NCBI RefSeq assembly: GCF_024521635.1
Contig: NW_026250417.1
Location: 620,001 to 684,000 of the forward strand
Reading direction: 5' to 3'
DNA length: 64,000 bases
Source of the DNA: Tricharina praecox
Lineage: Eukaryota
Under the pieces are notes generated by a model. It was not told the DNA's origin. It made no database searches and saw only the letters and a list, made by a program, of their open reading frames with translations. Positions 50,600 through 62,694 of this stretch are shown here, in pieces. A program made the translations under genes and the position numbers. How positions within the stretch are numbered: the stretch's first letter is position 1; each line of letters opens with the position of its first letter.

Positions 50600-52863
50600 G
50601 TAGGGATCAAGAGTCTTGTTTGGTTGTTTGGTTGTTTGGTTGCTTGTCGTTGGGAGTCTATTTTGTTTTTTTTCTGTATGTGTCTGCGCTTTTGGGTGTG
50701 TTGATCGCTCGTATCCGCTGCTGTATACTTATCTGTTTGGCTTCAAGGTTGGCTTGAATCTTGATGTTTTGCTTGATGCGATGCTTCATGGAATACCTGC
50801 CTAAGTTACTTAGGAACTCTACATTTGCTTCTCGACATTGGCTTGGATCGCTGCTCATGCTCGTGCGTGCTCGGTGGTGCGAGGAAAAGCTGCAACCAAA
50901 CAGCCCTGAGAGCCGACCGGCCCAGGACGATCGGGACGATCGGGAGCAGGGCGGTCCTGTGCACGATAACCGGACTCGATTCATCCATGCGGAAATAGTC
51001 CAGATCCCTGACTTTGGTTGATCTTCTCTCGTTCGGTACCTGTGCCTCTCATCTGCGGAACACCTTTTCTGCCTCAACCTCCGGTCGTTGACGGTCGATC
51101 GAGTAACGGGTTTGATGCCAATCGTGTTCACGCAATGTCTAACTAACTAGACGGAGCCACACAGGGGAAAATGCAGCAAGATCGCCGAATAGTGGGGCTG
51201 CAGCCTATAATCGCACGCTACTTCACTCTACATCACTCGTCTGTGCTGCCAGGCCAGGCCTGCGGATCGCTCGTGGAGGCGGGAAGCTGTGTTCGAGTGT
51301 TCGAGAAAGCTTGATACATACTGGGAGGTAGGTATGCATATGTATGACGTTGCCAGTGGGTGGCAGTGCAACGCGTCGGCGGCATTTCTCGCCGGCGGTT
51401 TGGTACTGGTGGCGTACGCCATGCGGTCGATCACGACTCCATGTTATGTCACTCGGCGCAAATTTTGGCGACCGAGTATGATAGGTAGCACAGACGAACA
51501 GCATCGTCGGACTCACCAGCCGTCGAGGCGATACGATGGTGGTACTTTACTGTACTGTCGTGGGCTGACACGACGGTCATGGCTGCTACTGATTGAATCT
51601 AGAAACAGCGAAACACTAGAAGAATACCAGACGAACACCGAGTGTCTATTTCAAGTATCTACGAGCAAGATTTCATTGGCTCATTGGTCTGGAAGAAGAA
51701 AGAAGCGGTACTCCTTGCAAGTTGCAGGCGAAGAAAGTTCAGGCCGATTCCAGAAATCACCGAATTGCCATACCTACCGTATCATGTTTATTTCGACAAG
51801 CCAACAGCAAACGCATCGATGACGAAAAACAGACAACAGGAAAAACAAAAACCATATGTGAAGAAGCCAGACCATTCTTTGCTATGGACGAAAGTGCTGG
51901 TGGAACGCCTATGACGGACGTAGTACGTCAGCCGCGGCAATAGCATCAGCAGGCACATCTGTACAGTACCCACGCGCCGAGGCTGTCCAGACAGCGCCAG
52001 CGACAAGACCAAGACCTTAACCGCCCGCGCCATCGGCCATTCAGGACATCGCCGGTGAGCCGGTGGACCTCCCTCACTCGACAGAAAAACACTGCCCAGG
52101 CCGAGTCATGTGTGACGGTCGAGTGAGAGCTGTGATGGGCTGTGTTTGGGTTTGGGTTTGGCTTTGGCTTGGGCAAGCGTATGTAACCAAGTATTCTCCC
52201 ATAGCGGAAATTGAGGAGAAGGGTTGAGCACGCAGCGAGCAGACACAGACGAGTGGTGGGAGGGAGGGAGGGACGAGGATCTAGAATTCTTGGAGGAACA
52301 TTCAACAATTGGAGAAGCGGGAAGGGTGGGACGCAAGTTTTTAAGTAGTAGGTAAGCGCTTTCTTTATATCTCTGTTTCTGTTGGTAGGGTCTCTCGTTT
52401 GTTATGATTTTGGTGGGTTCGCGGGTTCAAGATTTAGCTCGGGGCGAAAACACCAGGCAATGATCATGGCTCAGTGGTAGTGAATTTCCCAGGTGGTGAG
52501 GAGGTCCATCGGCTGTACAAGGCTAGCAACCTTGGGGAGGACGCTCTTTTTCTGCGGCTCAATACGTGGTTCGGGTTGGTTCTTTTTTTGGTGAAGGGGG
52601 ACGTTTTTGTGGTGAATCGTGGGTTACCGGGTAGTACGGGGTGCTCTGAGGTGGTCACTGGTGGAGAGGGCCCAGTATAAGGTATCACTCGTGAGCAAAC
52701 GGTGCATTAGTACTGCTCAACTGGCAATAATATGCACGGCACGCGATATTCGCGAATCAGCATACTACAAAGCAGCTTAAAGGATTGTCTATCATGTCCT
52801 AGCTCTCCCCGCCCGCCCTGCAACAAAGCGAATACTACGACATGATCCACTAGCTACATCGGC

Positions 52864-53351
52864 TCAAAAACACCTCTTCCTTCGCCTCTTACTCTCCAGC
52901 ATGATCGGAAACTCCGCACTCCCCTCACACTGCTGATTCGCGAACGCCACAACCGGCGGGATGTCGTCGGGCGTGCAGCTGTCGGGCACGCACTTGGTCA
53001 CGGACTCGACGAAGCTGGTGCTCTCGCAGAGGCATTTCACTTCTAGGGGATCATTCATTCATTCATTCAGGAGTCTGTCTGTAGACTATGTGAGGGAAAA
53101 AGGGAGGGGAGGAGGTGGGGACATACCAAGGCTGCAGGCGGAGTCGTTGACGCCGTTGAGGATGCACGAGAAGGCGCTGTTGCGGGTCAGTGGGGTAATG
53201 ATGGATACCAGGGGGAGGGGCGGATCGGATGGTTATGTCGGAGAGATACACACCATTCGGGAATGTTTGGCGGACTCTGGGCCTCCTGCGCGGAGACGGA
53301 GATAGTACTGGTCAGAAAAGCGGCGGCGGCAAAGAGGAGGATGTTCTGCAT
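52864..53351 (-). CDS. Small secreted CFEM-domain protein (~108 aa)
   Basis: Exons 53351-53254, 53176-53127 and 53042-52864. Signal peptide, then IPECAFSCILNGVNDSACSLEVKCLCESTSFVESVTKCVPDSCTPDD..ANQQC with 8 Cys in CFEM spacing. Confidence 0.85.
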
Positions 53352-56300
53352 GGTGGGTTTGTGTTCAAGAAGATTGCTCTGGAGTCTGATGGTTTGTTGG
53401 CGGGTATTGATATCGATGTTTGTGATGGTGGTGGTGATGCACTTAGGGCAGAGTCGGAGGGGTTATATACCCGCAGTGCGCACCCATTGATGCCTTGCCG
53501 GTGGTTCAAAGCCATTGCATAACTTACAAGTGAGATCGATAGCTCTGGTGATCTATCATCTATCTATCTATGCCTACGGCACTGACCTGAAACAGTGATA
53601 TGCAACCAAGAATTCCGCCCTCGGGTTGACAACTGTGCATATGAAAGATCTTGACGAGCAGCTTAGAGTACTTGGCTGTGTGGTCCACGTTTCAGAAACT
53701 GGGAGTTACGATATGGCAAACAGCTCTCACCTATGGAGTATGGAAGGCCTTCTCGCAGAGATTCGATCCCTCTGAGTGACTAATTCTTCGGGGGATTCCA
53801 TGAACTGAGATAACCGCAGGTCTGCATCAACGATTTGCCCAAAGAGACTTTCCATTGCCATTGCCATTGCATTCCCACTAAGATTCCGTGAATTCCCCAT
53901 ACCTCTACATCTCCAGTCTTACATACGTCAGTGTACTTACCAACCTCCAACGGTTGAAACAAGAATTAATCTAAAATCAATCAAGAAACATGCACCCCAG
54001 ATTCTCTATCTGCCCGCCGAGTACCGAGGCGATATCTCTTACCTATGGCGGGGGTCGCCGAGATCGTTATTGCGACGATGCCGCCGCGTAGGCATCTACC
54101 TACAGGCTACTGTCCGCGCATAAGAAACCCCGTCAGTCGGTCGTGGATATGCATACCTGGTACATACATCTCTGGAGCTCGAGGTGAAGTCTGAAGATCT
54201 CGAGGGAGATATTTGTTTTGCGCTTATCTACGATCCTACGAACGTACGAACGTACGGACGTATGGATGGACGAACGTGGAAAGAGGGGCCGAGCCGAGGG
54301 GCTTCGCGTTGACGGTTGATCTCGAGGGTTGGCTAAGAGGTTACACGGAAGGAAGGCTACGGTCGAGCTTGGCCGGAAGTGAGGTGGGAGCGACAATGTC
54401 AAGGCGGGGGTAGGCAGAGGATCGACTGCAGCCGTTCACAGAATCGCACCCGGGCACTCCGCAAATATCATATATGCACAGGCCCCGAATGCTCATTTGC
54501 TCATGGACCTCAATTGTTTTTCCTCACGTCTGGCATGTGGAGGTCTTGTTACTCTAGGTACTCTGGACCGCTATTGAGGCCTGGATGTGTGATTACGGGT
54601 GACGGATCGGTTTGGGGGTAGCCGTGGCCGAGATTTTGTTTCTAGAGCACCGCATGGTACGTCTGTCCCAACCCCCAACTACCCCTCCAGCCACCTACTT
54701 GCAGGCTTCGGCAATGACACTCGGTGAGCGCCACAGAATCGCTAACCACAGGCTGATCATTGATGTGATGATTTCCAAACGCCAATGCACAACTCAGAAG
54801 GGAGCGAACCGCTAAGGATAGAATCATCGATATTGACCGTGAGAGCATCTCGTGGTTATGTAGTCTCTAGGGGACAAACTCCTCCAAGGGCATGATGGGC
54901 GATATCCTCTGACTTCTCGAGCGAAGTCTTTCAACATTCTTCTCCGAGCCAGTGGGGGGAGTGGGTGAACTCTGCGTTAAGAACTCGTCTAGCTAGCACA
55001 CCTTGAATTAACAATCGACACAACGAGCACGTCGTGCTCGAGAATCTCATGTTACTTGATGATGAAGGGTTGAGGGATAGGTGATGCTGGCCAAAGGGAC
55101 CTCCTGTCGGGTGTCGACGTTCTGCTACCGGTAACTAGTCGTGCCTGATGGATGACCTGCAGAAACCAGCGGTATGATGCGCATTGTTGGAAGATTCGCT
55201 GTTTACCCACAGATTCAGCACCGACGAGCCCGCTATCGCTGATGGTATGATAGGATGCATCTACTGTTCCACTCCCATTCACGGTAACTAGCGATCGTTA
55301 TCTGTTCTTGTCCGCACCAATCCACTCCCTTCCAGCGGCGCCTCGTCTCGCTCTCGAGAGAGAGGCGGTGGCGGTGGCGCAAGGTTCGGTGTTAAACTCA
55401 GGGACGTGTTTGGGGAGACGCGTCGTGCTAGACTTGGCGTACGTCAGCACTCGGTCAACTCAGAGTCTCAGACATGTGAAGTACAGTTGAGCTCCGGTCG
55501 AGAGTTGATGATGATGGATGGGTCGTGTCGTTGTCCAATGGCGGGGACAGTTTCGACGTCCGGAGCTCCAGGCGACGCTCGCCGCCTACATACGCCTTGC
55601 CGTTAACTTACCGACGCATCAGCCGGAGCAGACCCGCTCCCCGCAAGTTGTAAGCACAACTACCGCGGTGGGCATGCTTGCGATGAACACAGCCATAGGT
55701 AAGATGCCGCAAGCGTCAGGTTGCGTTAACCCCTCAGATCGAGTATGTATTGCCGGCTCCTCGAAACGCTGAGTGCATCACAACTAGCTGCCATCGCTGC
55801 AGATTGTCCGGCCCTCTTGACTCTTCACGCAGCCTTCAACGACCTCCTTCGTGGTTCTGCCGTTTCGCGTCCTTCGAGCACCTTGTAGGAAACTACCGAG
55901 TCGTGAGAGCGCCGCCAGGGGGGGGGAAGCGACGTCCATCAAGAAGGCTATGCCATACGATGCGAGCTTTGGAGTGCGATTCCTGAACTGTTTGTCCGCC
56001 TCATCACGAGCTTCACGCGAAGAAATCACGGCTCCACTTGCCGCCTGCAACGTGAAGCTTCCAAAGTGCTTTCCATGCAGAGCAAAGAAAGAATCCGACT
56101 CCGATCCGTGGAGCTATCCACTCCGTCGGTCTCCCCGCGAGGAAGCTGCGCTTCCAGAAGCCACTCGCAGCCAACTATCCCCACACCGCGTCCAATCACG
56201 ATTCACGCGTCCAAAGAGCCCTTCCTTCGACAGCTAACCCATGCAGGTTCGGGGCGCTCACCATGCAAGAAACCCGAGCCGCGCACCCTATCTTGAAGCA

Positions 56301-56970
56301 GGTACAAGCCTATCACGATGCTCTATCTAGGCAACTAGTTAGTCAGCTCGGCTACAACAGCTCCGATCCGTTCCTGCCCAAGGAGCTCCTGCGTGTTGAG
56401 CTGTCAGAGCTCTGCGAGAGCTATGAGACAAGCACCTGGTAGATACACACGGTCCTCCCCCGTACGGCTTCACGCCCAGTAGCCCCATTGATACGGCCAT
56501 CATCACGAGATGTGCTGATCAAGTACCTTGTCAGCTTTCGGCGGAGAGCTCAGCCGGACCTGCGTCATGCATTTGGCGTCCTCTAACCACATAGAGTGTT
56601 CTGAGTCGTGCGTCACCGCGTTGCATTGAGAACGGTCCGCCCCAAAACGAGATCTCCGGCTACACACGCTCGGAGGCTACCCAGCCACCTGCTCCACGCC
56701 AACAAGCCAGCCCGCCCCCTCCCCACACGGCTCATCCCGCTGCTTATCATTCAAAGGCCAAAGCCAGAACCAAAGCCAAAGCCAAGCGTGACTCTTCTGC
56801 TCTACATAACTCTCCCCACTCCCAACCCTTCTCCTCCTTCCTTCTTCCCTTCCTCTCCATCTCCTCCATCTTCCTCCCTCCCACCCACCCACTACACTCT
56901 CCCTACATACACACGCCCCCCATACACCAGAGTCGCGCCGACCTTCTTATCTCTCCCTATCGTCGCAATC

Positions 56971-58733
56971 ATGAAGCTCAGCGTAGCTTCCACACTATCG
57001 CTCGCCCTCGGCGCGGCCGCGTACTTCCCCAATCCGGCCCAGAAGCCGCTTGGTGTGAATGTGGCGTCTTCCAAGCTGCCCGCGTTCCTCTCCGAGGCCA
57101 CGGATCAGGTCAAGGCGACCTTCGGTAACCTCAATCTCCCCACTGAGGCTGCCGCCGCCTGGACCGAGATCGCGAAGCTCTACCCCGAAGATACCGTTTC
57201 GGCCCTCCAGGCGATGTCTAGCAAGTCTATGCCTAAGGCGAACCGTAAGCGACGACCAGACAGCCACTGGGACCACATCGTCCACGGAGACGAGATGATG
57301 ACCGCTATGGCGGGAAAGATCGACGGGCACGAGAAACTGAAGGGCGCTAAGCTCAGGATCAAGAAGCCCAATGGTCTCGGCATCGACGAGGATGTCAAGC
57401 AGTACTCCGGTTACCTGGATGTGGAAGATGACAAGCACTTTTTCTTCTGTAAGTTACCTCCCTCCCGATTTTTGCGCGAGGAAGGCGAGGGAAGACCGTT
57501 TAATTGATGGTTTCAATAGGGTTCTTTGAGTCGAGGAACGACCCCAAGAACGACCCCGTCGTGCTGTGGTTGAACGGAGGACCCGGTTGCTCGTCGCTTA
57601 CCGGTCTCTTCATGGAGTTGGGCCCCGCGTCCATCGACAAGAACATCAAGATCGTCCACAACCCAGCGTCGTGGAACTCGAATGCTTCCGTCATTTTCCT
57701 TGACCAGCCCGTGAACGTCGGTTACTCATACTCCAGCAACCCGGTGTCCAGCACTCAGGCTGCCGGTAAAGACGTCTACGCGTTCTTGACCATGTTCTTC
57801 GACAAGTTCCCCGAGTATGCTGCTCAGGACTTCCACATCACCGGTGAATCGTATGCTGGGTAAGTCGAATTCAAATTCTTCTGTAGGAATAAACCGTTTC
57901 TAACCGATTGCAGTCACTACATTCCCCAGTTCGCCTCTGAGATCCTTTCTCACGAGAACCGCAACATCAACTTGAAGTCCGTCGCCATCGGAAACGGTCT
58001 GACCGACGGCCTCACTCAGTACGAGTACTACCGCCCCATGGCTTGTGGTGAGGGTGGATACCCTTCGGTCCTAGGCGCGTCCGAGTGCAAGGCTATGGAC
58101 GATGCCTACCCCCGGTGCGCCAGTCTCATCGAGAACTGCTACAAGAGCGAGTCTGTGTGGTCGTGTGTCCCTGCCTCCATCTACTGTAACAACGCCATGA
58201 TCGGTCCTTACCAGCGCTCCGGTGTCAACGTCTACGATATCCGTGGCCCTTGCAAAGATTCCAACAACCTGTGCTACTCCGAGCTTGGCTGGATCTCCGA
58301 CTACCTGAACAAGCCTGAAGTCATCGAGGCCCTCGGTGCTGAGGTTTCCACCTACGAGTCTTGCAACTTCGACATCAACAGGAACTTCTTGCTTCACGGT
58401 GACTGGATGCTTCCGTTCCACAAGTTCGTTGTCGATCTTCTCGCTCAGATCCCCGTCCTCATCTACGCTGGTGATGCCGATTTCATTTGCAACTGGCTTG
58501 GAAACCATGCCTGGACTGAGAAGCTCGAGTGGAGCGGCAAGAACGACTTCAACAAGGTCGAGCTCGGTCCCTTCAAGCTGGACGACAAGAAGGTTGGACA
58601 GTACAAGAGCAGCGGCAACCTCACTTTCTTGACCGTCTTCGAGGCTGGTCACATGATGCCTTACAATCAGCCCGACGCCTCGTTGGCTATGCTCAACCGG
58701 TGGATTGGTGGTGAGATGTGGCCGTCGTCTTAA
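56971..58733 (+). CDS. cpyA: Carboxypeptidase Y (serine carboxypeptidase S10), vacuolar, ~545 aa
   Basis: Exons 56971-57448, 57520-57859 and 57914-58733. Signal and propeptide, [36 protein letters not shown] (Ser), GDADFICN (Asp), AGHMMP (His). Confidence 0.96.
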
Positions 58734-59147
58734 ATTTTCGGAGCGCATTAGTATGTAGTTTCGTTCGGATTGTATGATTACTAAGTTTTATGTCTTTTGG
58801 ATTCGGCGATGTCTTTTTAAACGGTTTATGAGGGAAATTGAATAATAGTTTACTCCGCACTTGTTTCTTGATCGGAAAACGATTTGATTGAGCCATCGTT
58901 CTGGTGTTGGGTGCTGCACATTACTGTAACCAATGATAAGTAATAGTAAATGCTCAACTTGTCTGAGCTGAATGACCATTTGCCGTCCACAGTTGAGATT
59001 CGCCCTGTGAGACATCTCGATGCAGGGTCGATCTGAAGCTTGAGCTGAGCCTCACCAACCCACTAACCACGCCCCTCTACGATCCCACCGAGCAGATCTC
59101 AGTATTCACCGAGCAGCTCTCAGCTTCCACCAACCCACATCGCCAGC

Positions 59148-59704
59148 ATGTCAGACGCAACAACCATATCGCCAGCGGGCATCCAGCACCAACTATCAAT
59201 CCCGCTTCCAAAAGCTCTAGCAGCGCGGATCCACATGCACTTAACGATCCACACGCACCACCTGCTGTTATTCATCACGACTCGCACGCCCGAAACGCCG
59301 GGGAGCCCAGCACCCCTCGGGAGCTTCGTCTACGCGTTACCATCTGTACTCCCCTTCTCCTCCATCCCTCCCCCCATCCCTCCCCTCCTCCTCCCCTCCC
59401 TCTCTAACAGTGACAACGGCAAAAGACCACGCAACCAACCCCACTCTCGACGACCCTCTATTTCCGCGAGGACACTATCGACGTGGCGACGCGGCTCGCA
59501 AAGATTCTGGCGAAGCGCACGATGCTCCCGGTATACGTCGGCTGCTCGGTCAGCTTTAGTGCCGCCGGCAGGGGCGGGAATGTTGACGAGGAGATGGAGG
59601 GGATCAGGAATGTCGTGCGCACGGTTGTTGAGAGGGTTCAGGCCGCGAGGATTGTGGAGGGCGTGGAGGAGGTGGTTAAGGGCGTGGAGGGGGTGAAGGT
59701 GTAG
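59148..59704 (+). CDS. Proteasome assembly chaperone 4 (PAC4/Poc4)-like protein (~158 aa)
   Basis: Exons 59148-59345 and 59426-59704. Motifs LLLFIT..LGSFVYALP..LSTTLY..ATRLAKILAKRTMLPVYVGCS are typical of the PAC4 family (recalled). Confidence 0.8.
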
Positions 59705-59871
59705 GACTGTGGGGGATGGGGATGGATGGGTGGATGGGGGTGGATGGGGCGTTGGGGTGTGATACGATCTGCTTTTGTTTTGTTTTGCGTTGTGGTCTTT
59801 TTGCCTGTGTTTTACGAGGCTGTCTTGTCTACCTATTATGTACAGTTTGAAGTTGCGGTGCGTCTGTCTGT

Positions 59872-60954
59872 CTATGCAGCAGCCGCGATTGCCTGCCTGA
59901 CCTGCGGCTTCGGCAGCAACAACGTCGTGCCCACCTTCGCCTGCACCTGTCCCACAATCAATCTCATCGCCTTCGTACCCACAGAGCTATTCCTAGCCGC
60001 CATCCTCCTGACCTCGCCCACCACGGTGCCCACCTCCTTCTCGGCGACCAAGCTCCCATCGCCACCCGCGCCAACAGCGTACTTATACCCCCCCTCCACC
60101 GCGCCCCTCATGTACACCTCACGGGTGCGATCATAACGCCTCCAGCCCTCGAGCCCCCACTTCTCGGTACCTCTTCTACGCACCCTCTCCGTCTCGCGGA
60201 TCAGCACACTCGACAGTCCCGCGACAGTGAGCGGGGTAGCCGGGACCATGGGGAGGAGGCTTTCCAGCGTGACAGGCGCAGGCGTATACGCCACCTCTTT
60301 CGCCGGCAGCGGATTCTCCTTGTCGGTTTTGCGATCGTCCCTTCTGCCGCTGCCTCCACCACCACCACCGCGATCACCGCCACGGGGCCGCCCTCCACCG
60401 GGTTTACCGCCGCCACCACCGCCACCGCCAGCGCCGCCGCTGGCTGCGTACCGCGCCCGCGTGGGTGCCTCCGGCGTCCGCCGCCGCATGCCGTTCGCGC
60501 CGGCTGTGCGGCCGGGTCCGCCGAAGCTATTGGTCGTGGGCGGGCGAGAGCCGGGTGGTGGCCGCTGCATTGGGGGACGGTCGCCCATTGGAGGCCGCTG
60601 CATCGGGGGCCGGTCTCCCATCGGTGGGCGCTGCATCTGAGGTCGGTCGCCCATTGGAGGCCGCTCGCCTGGTCGCTGTATCGCAGGCCGGTCTCCCTGG
60701 ATCCAAGGCTGCTGTTGTTGTTGCTGTTGCTGGTACGGCTGCCGCGACGGGCCATCGCCATCTCCGCTCCCGCCGACGTTGAAGCGGGTGATGTTGAGAG
60801 GCTTGCGGATTTGCGGGGAGGAGGATGGGGAGGATGCGGAGGACGGGGAAGTGATGTTCGAGACTGGGCTGGGTTTGCTGACAGGGTCGTCGCTGAGAAC
60901 GGCACGCGAGGTGCTGAAGGTCCGCACCGTGCGGTGGGGGAGCAGGCGCAGCAT
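59872..60954 (-). CDS. Hypothetical mitochondrial protein (360 aa) with Pro/Arg repeats and an RGG/Gly-rich tract
   Basis: Single ORF. Presequence MLRLLPHRTVRTFSTSRAVL, (RPPMGDRPxMQ)x3, GGGRPRGGDRGGGG, and a more complex C-terminal region. Confidence 0.75.
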   Translation of the reverse strand: MLRLLPHRTVRTFSTSRAVLSDDPVSKPSPVSNITSPSSASSPSSSPQIRKPLNITRFNVGGSGDGDGPSRQPYQQQQQQQQPWIQGDRPAIQRPGERPPMGDRPQMQRPPMGDRPPMQRPPMGDRPPMQRPPPGSRPPTTNSFGGPGRTAGANGMRRRTPEAPTRARYAASGGAGGGGGGGGKPGGGRPRGGDRGGGGGGSGRRDDRKTDKENPLPAKEVAYTPAPVTLESLLPMVPATPLTVAGLSSVLIRETERVRRRGTEKWGLEGWRRYDRTREVYMRGAVEGGYKYAVGAGGDGSLVAEKEVGTVVGEVRRMAARNSSVGTKAMRLIVGQVQAKVGTTLLLPKPQVRQAIAAAA

Positions 60955-61402
60955 TGTTGTCGGATGTAGTTCGTGGTGGGGAGGTGGGGGTGGAGGGTGC
61001 GCCTAGGGGAGGGCGGATGGTGGGAGGGTGGATGGTGGGCTAAAAAGTTCGCCAAGCTTCGGAGACGCTGGGGCGGAGGGTAACTTAATTAACGGTGGTT
61101 CATCGGTTGTGACTCGACAGGGCAGTATTTAGGCGGGACTTGGAAGTGTTTGGGCACCGAGCTGCTCCTTTCTGCCACGCCAGGCACTTTCATTCCATTT
61201 TATATACTTGTTCATAAGAAAGCTCACAAAGGTTTCACTACTATATCTGTAGGATTTCCATTACTAAAACAAGACATTAGAAAGAAATAATACAGTACAA
61301 ACAGACTGAAGACAAATGTAGTGACAGTCCAAGCAAGTGTCGATGCCATCCAACAAATTCAAATCATTTCAATATCCAACAAGATAGACACTGCATAGTG
61401 AC

Positions 61403-62694
61403 CTATTCCTCCCCACTACCCACAAGCTCCTGGGTCCCTTTCCTCTTCCCCAACCCGGTTGCCTCGTATACCTTATCGATCGCCTCCATTTGCTGCACAC
61501 TATCCTCTGGGTCGACCCAACAAACCGGCTCCCTTCCCTGCACCTTATCGACAAAAGCCTCGAGCTGGTATCGATAGGTGCTCCACCAGCTCTCTCCCCT
61601 GACACCCCACTTGGGACCAAAGCAGTAGTGTTTCTGGTAGCTAGTATTTCCCGCCTTATCCGTGATGGCGATGTAGTGGTACAGATGCGGCATCATGAAG
61701 TTGTAGAAGTAGATGGTAGCTTCCTCGCACTCGATGGAGATCGAGGGGAGCTCCCAGAGCCGCGGGATCACCCAGAAGCTGTTGCTGCGGGCCATGTCGG
61801 CGTAGATCGTGGATGTGATGGGGGTGCTGGAGAGGCTGCTGCTGAACCGCAGCGTCGCAGTCGTCGATTGGTCTACCCGGCTGTCTTCGGGAGAGGGCAC
61901 GGAAGTCGCTTCGAGCACTTCGTCGAGCTGCGGCTGGTGCAGGAAGTACCGCGTCGACGAGAGGACGTACGTCATGTCCATCAGTGCACCTCTGCGTACT
62001 ACCCATCAGTTTCACGGCATTCCATGCTAGAAGATCGCACATACCCAGCAAGCTCATAATTCCACCTGATATCACTCATAGGCAGGCTTCCGGATGGCGT
62101 AGTCATCCTTGCGCTCGTCTTCCTGACCTCACCGTACCTTCCACTCGCAACAATTGCATCGACGACATGCGCAGCCGGATGAAACCTCCAATGAAACGCC
62201 TCTACACAGACCCTTTCACACCTGCGTGCCGTCTCAAAGACCACCCTCGCCTCGTCTGCATTCGCGGCCACCGGCTTCTCGAGCAGTACGTGCTTCCCGG
62301 CCTCGAGCGCTCTCACCGCCCACTCGCAGTGCATCCCGTTCGGCAGCGAGATGTAAACCGCCTCGATCGCTGGATCGGACAGCAGCGCAGAGTAGCTGCC
62401 GTACGCGTGCGGGATGGAGTACTTCTTTGCGTAGGACTCCGCGCTGGATAGGTCGCGAGAGGCGACGCCGTGGATCACTACACCACCGTGGGTTTCCGCT
62501 GGGTGGATCAGTGCCGCGGGGTTGATCATCGCCGTCGACAGGATGCCCATGCGGAGGGCGTTCGTGGATTTGGTCGGGTTGGTGTGCGTGCCTGATGCGA
62601 GGTATTGGGTTACGAACGTCGAGAGCTGGTGGCAGTTAGCGGCTGTGAGAGTCGAGGAGTAAGAATGCACACGCACCTGCAGTGCCATCGCCAT
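61403..62694 (-). CDS. Gfo/Idh/MocA family NAD(P)-dependent oxidoreductase (~395 aa)
   Basis: Exons 62694-62677, 62625-62045 and 61991-61403. Motifs LRMGILSTA, AVYISLPNGMH, GKHVLLEKP, EAFHWRFHP and DIRWNYELAGGALMD. Confidence 0.92.

Noticed and set aside
50658..52100. Several 80-180-aa ORFs between the Cys-rich and CFEM genes
   Set aside because: No motifs or coherent gene structure; a decayed gene cannot be excluded but is not supportable.
53700..53782. tRNA-like T-arm (AGAGA TTCGATC CCTCT)
   Set aside because: G53 is missing, the acceptor stem pairs poorly, and there is no proper D-arm or anticodon arm; at most a relic. tRNAscan-SE would settle it.
54850..56560. Short ORFs upstream of the carboxypeptidase Y gene
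   Set aside because: No recognisable domain or splice-consistent model.
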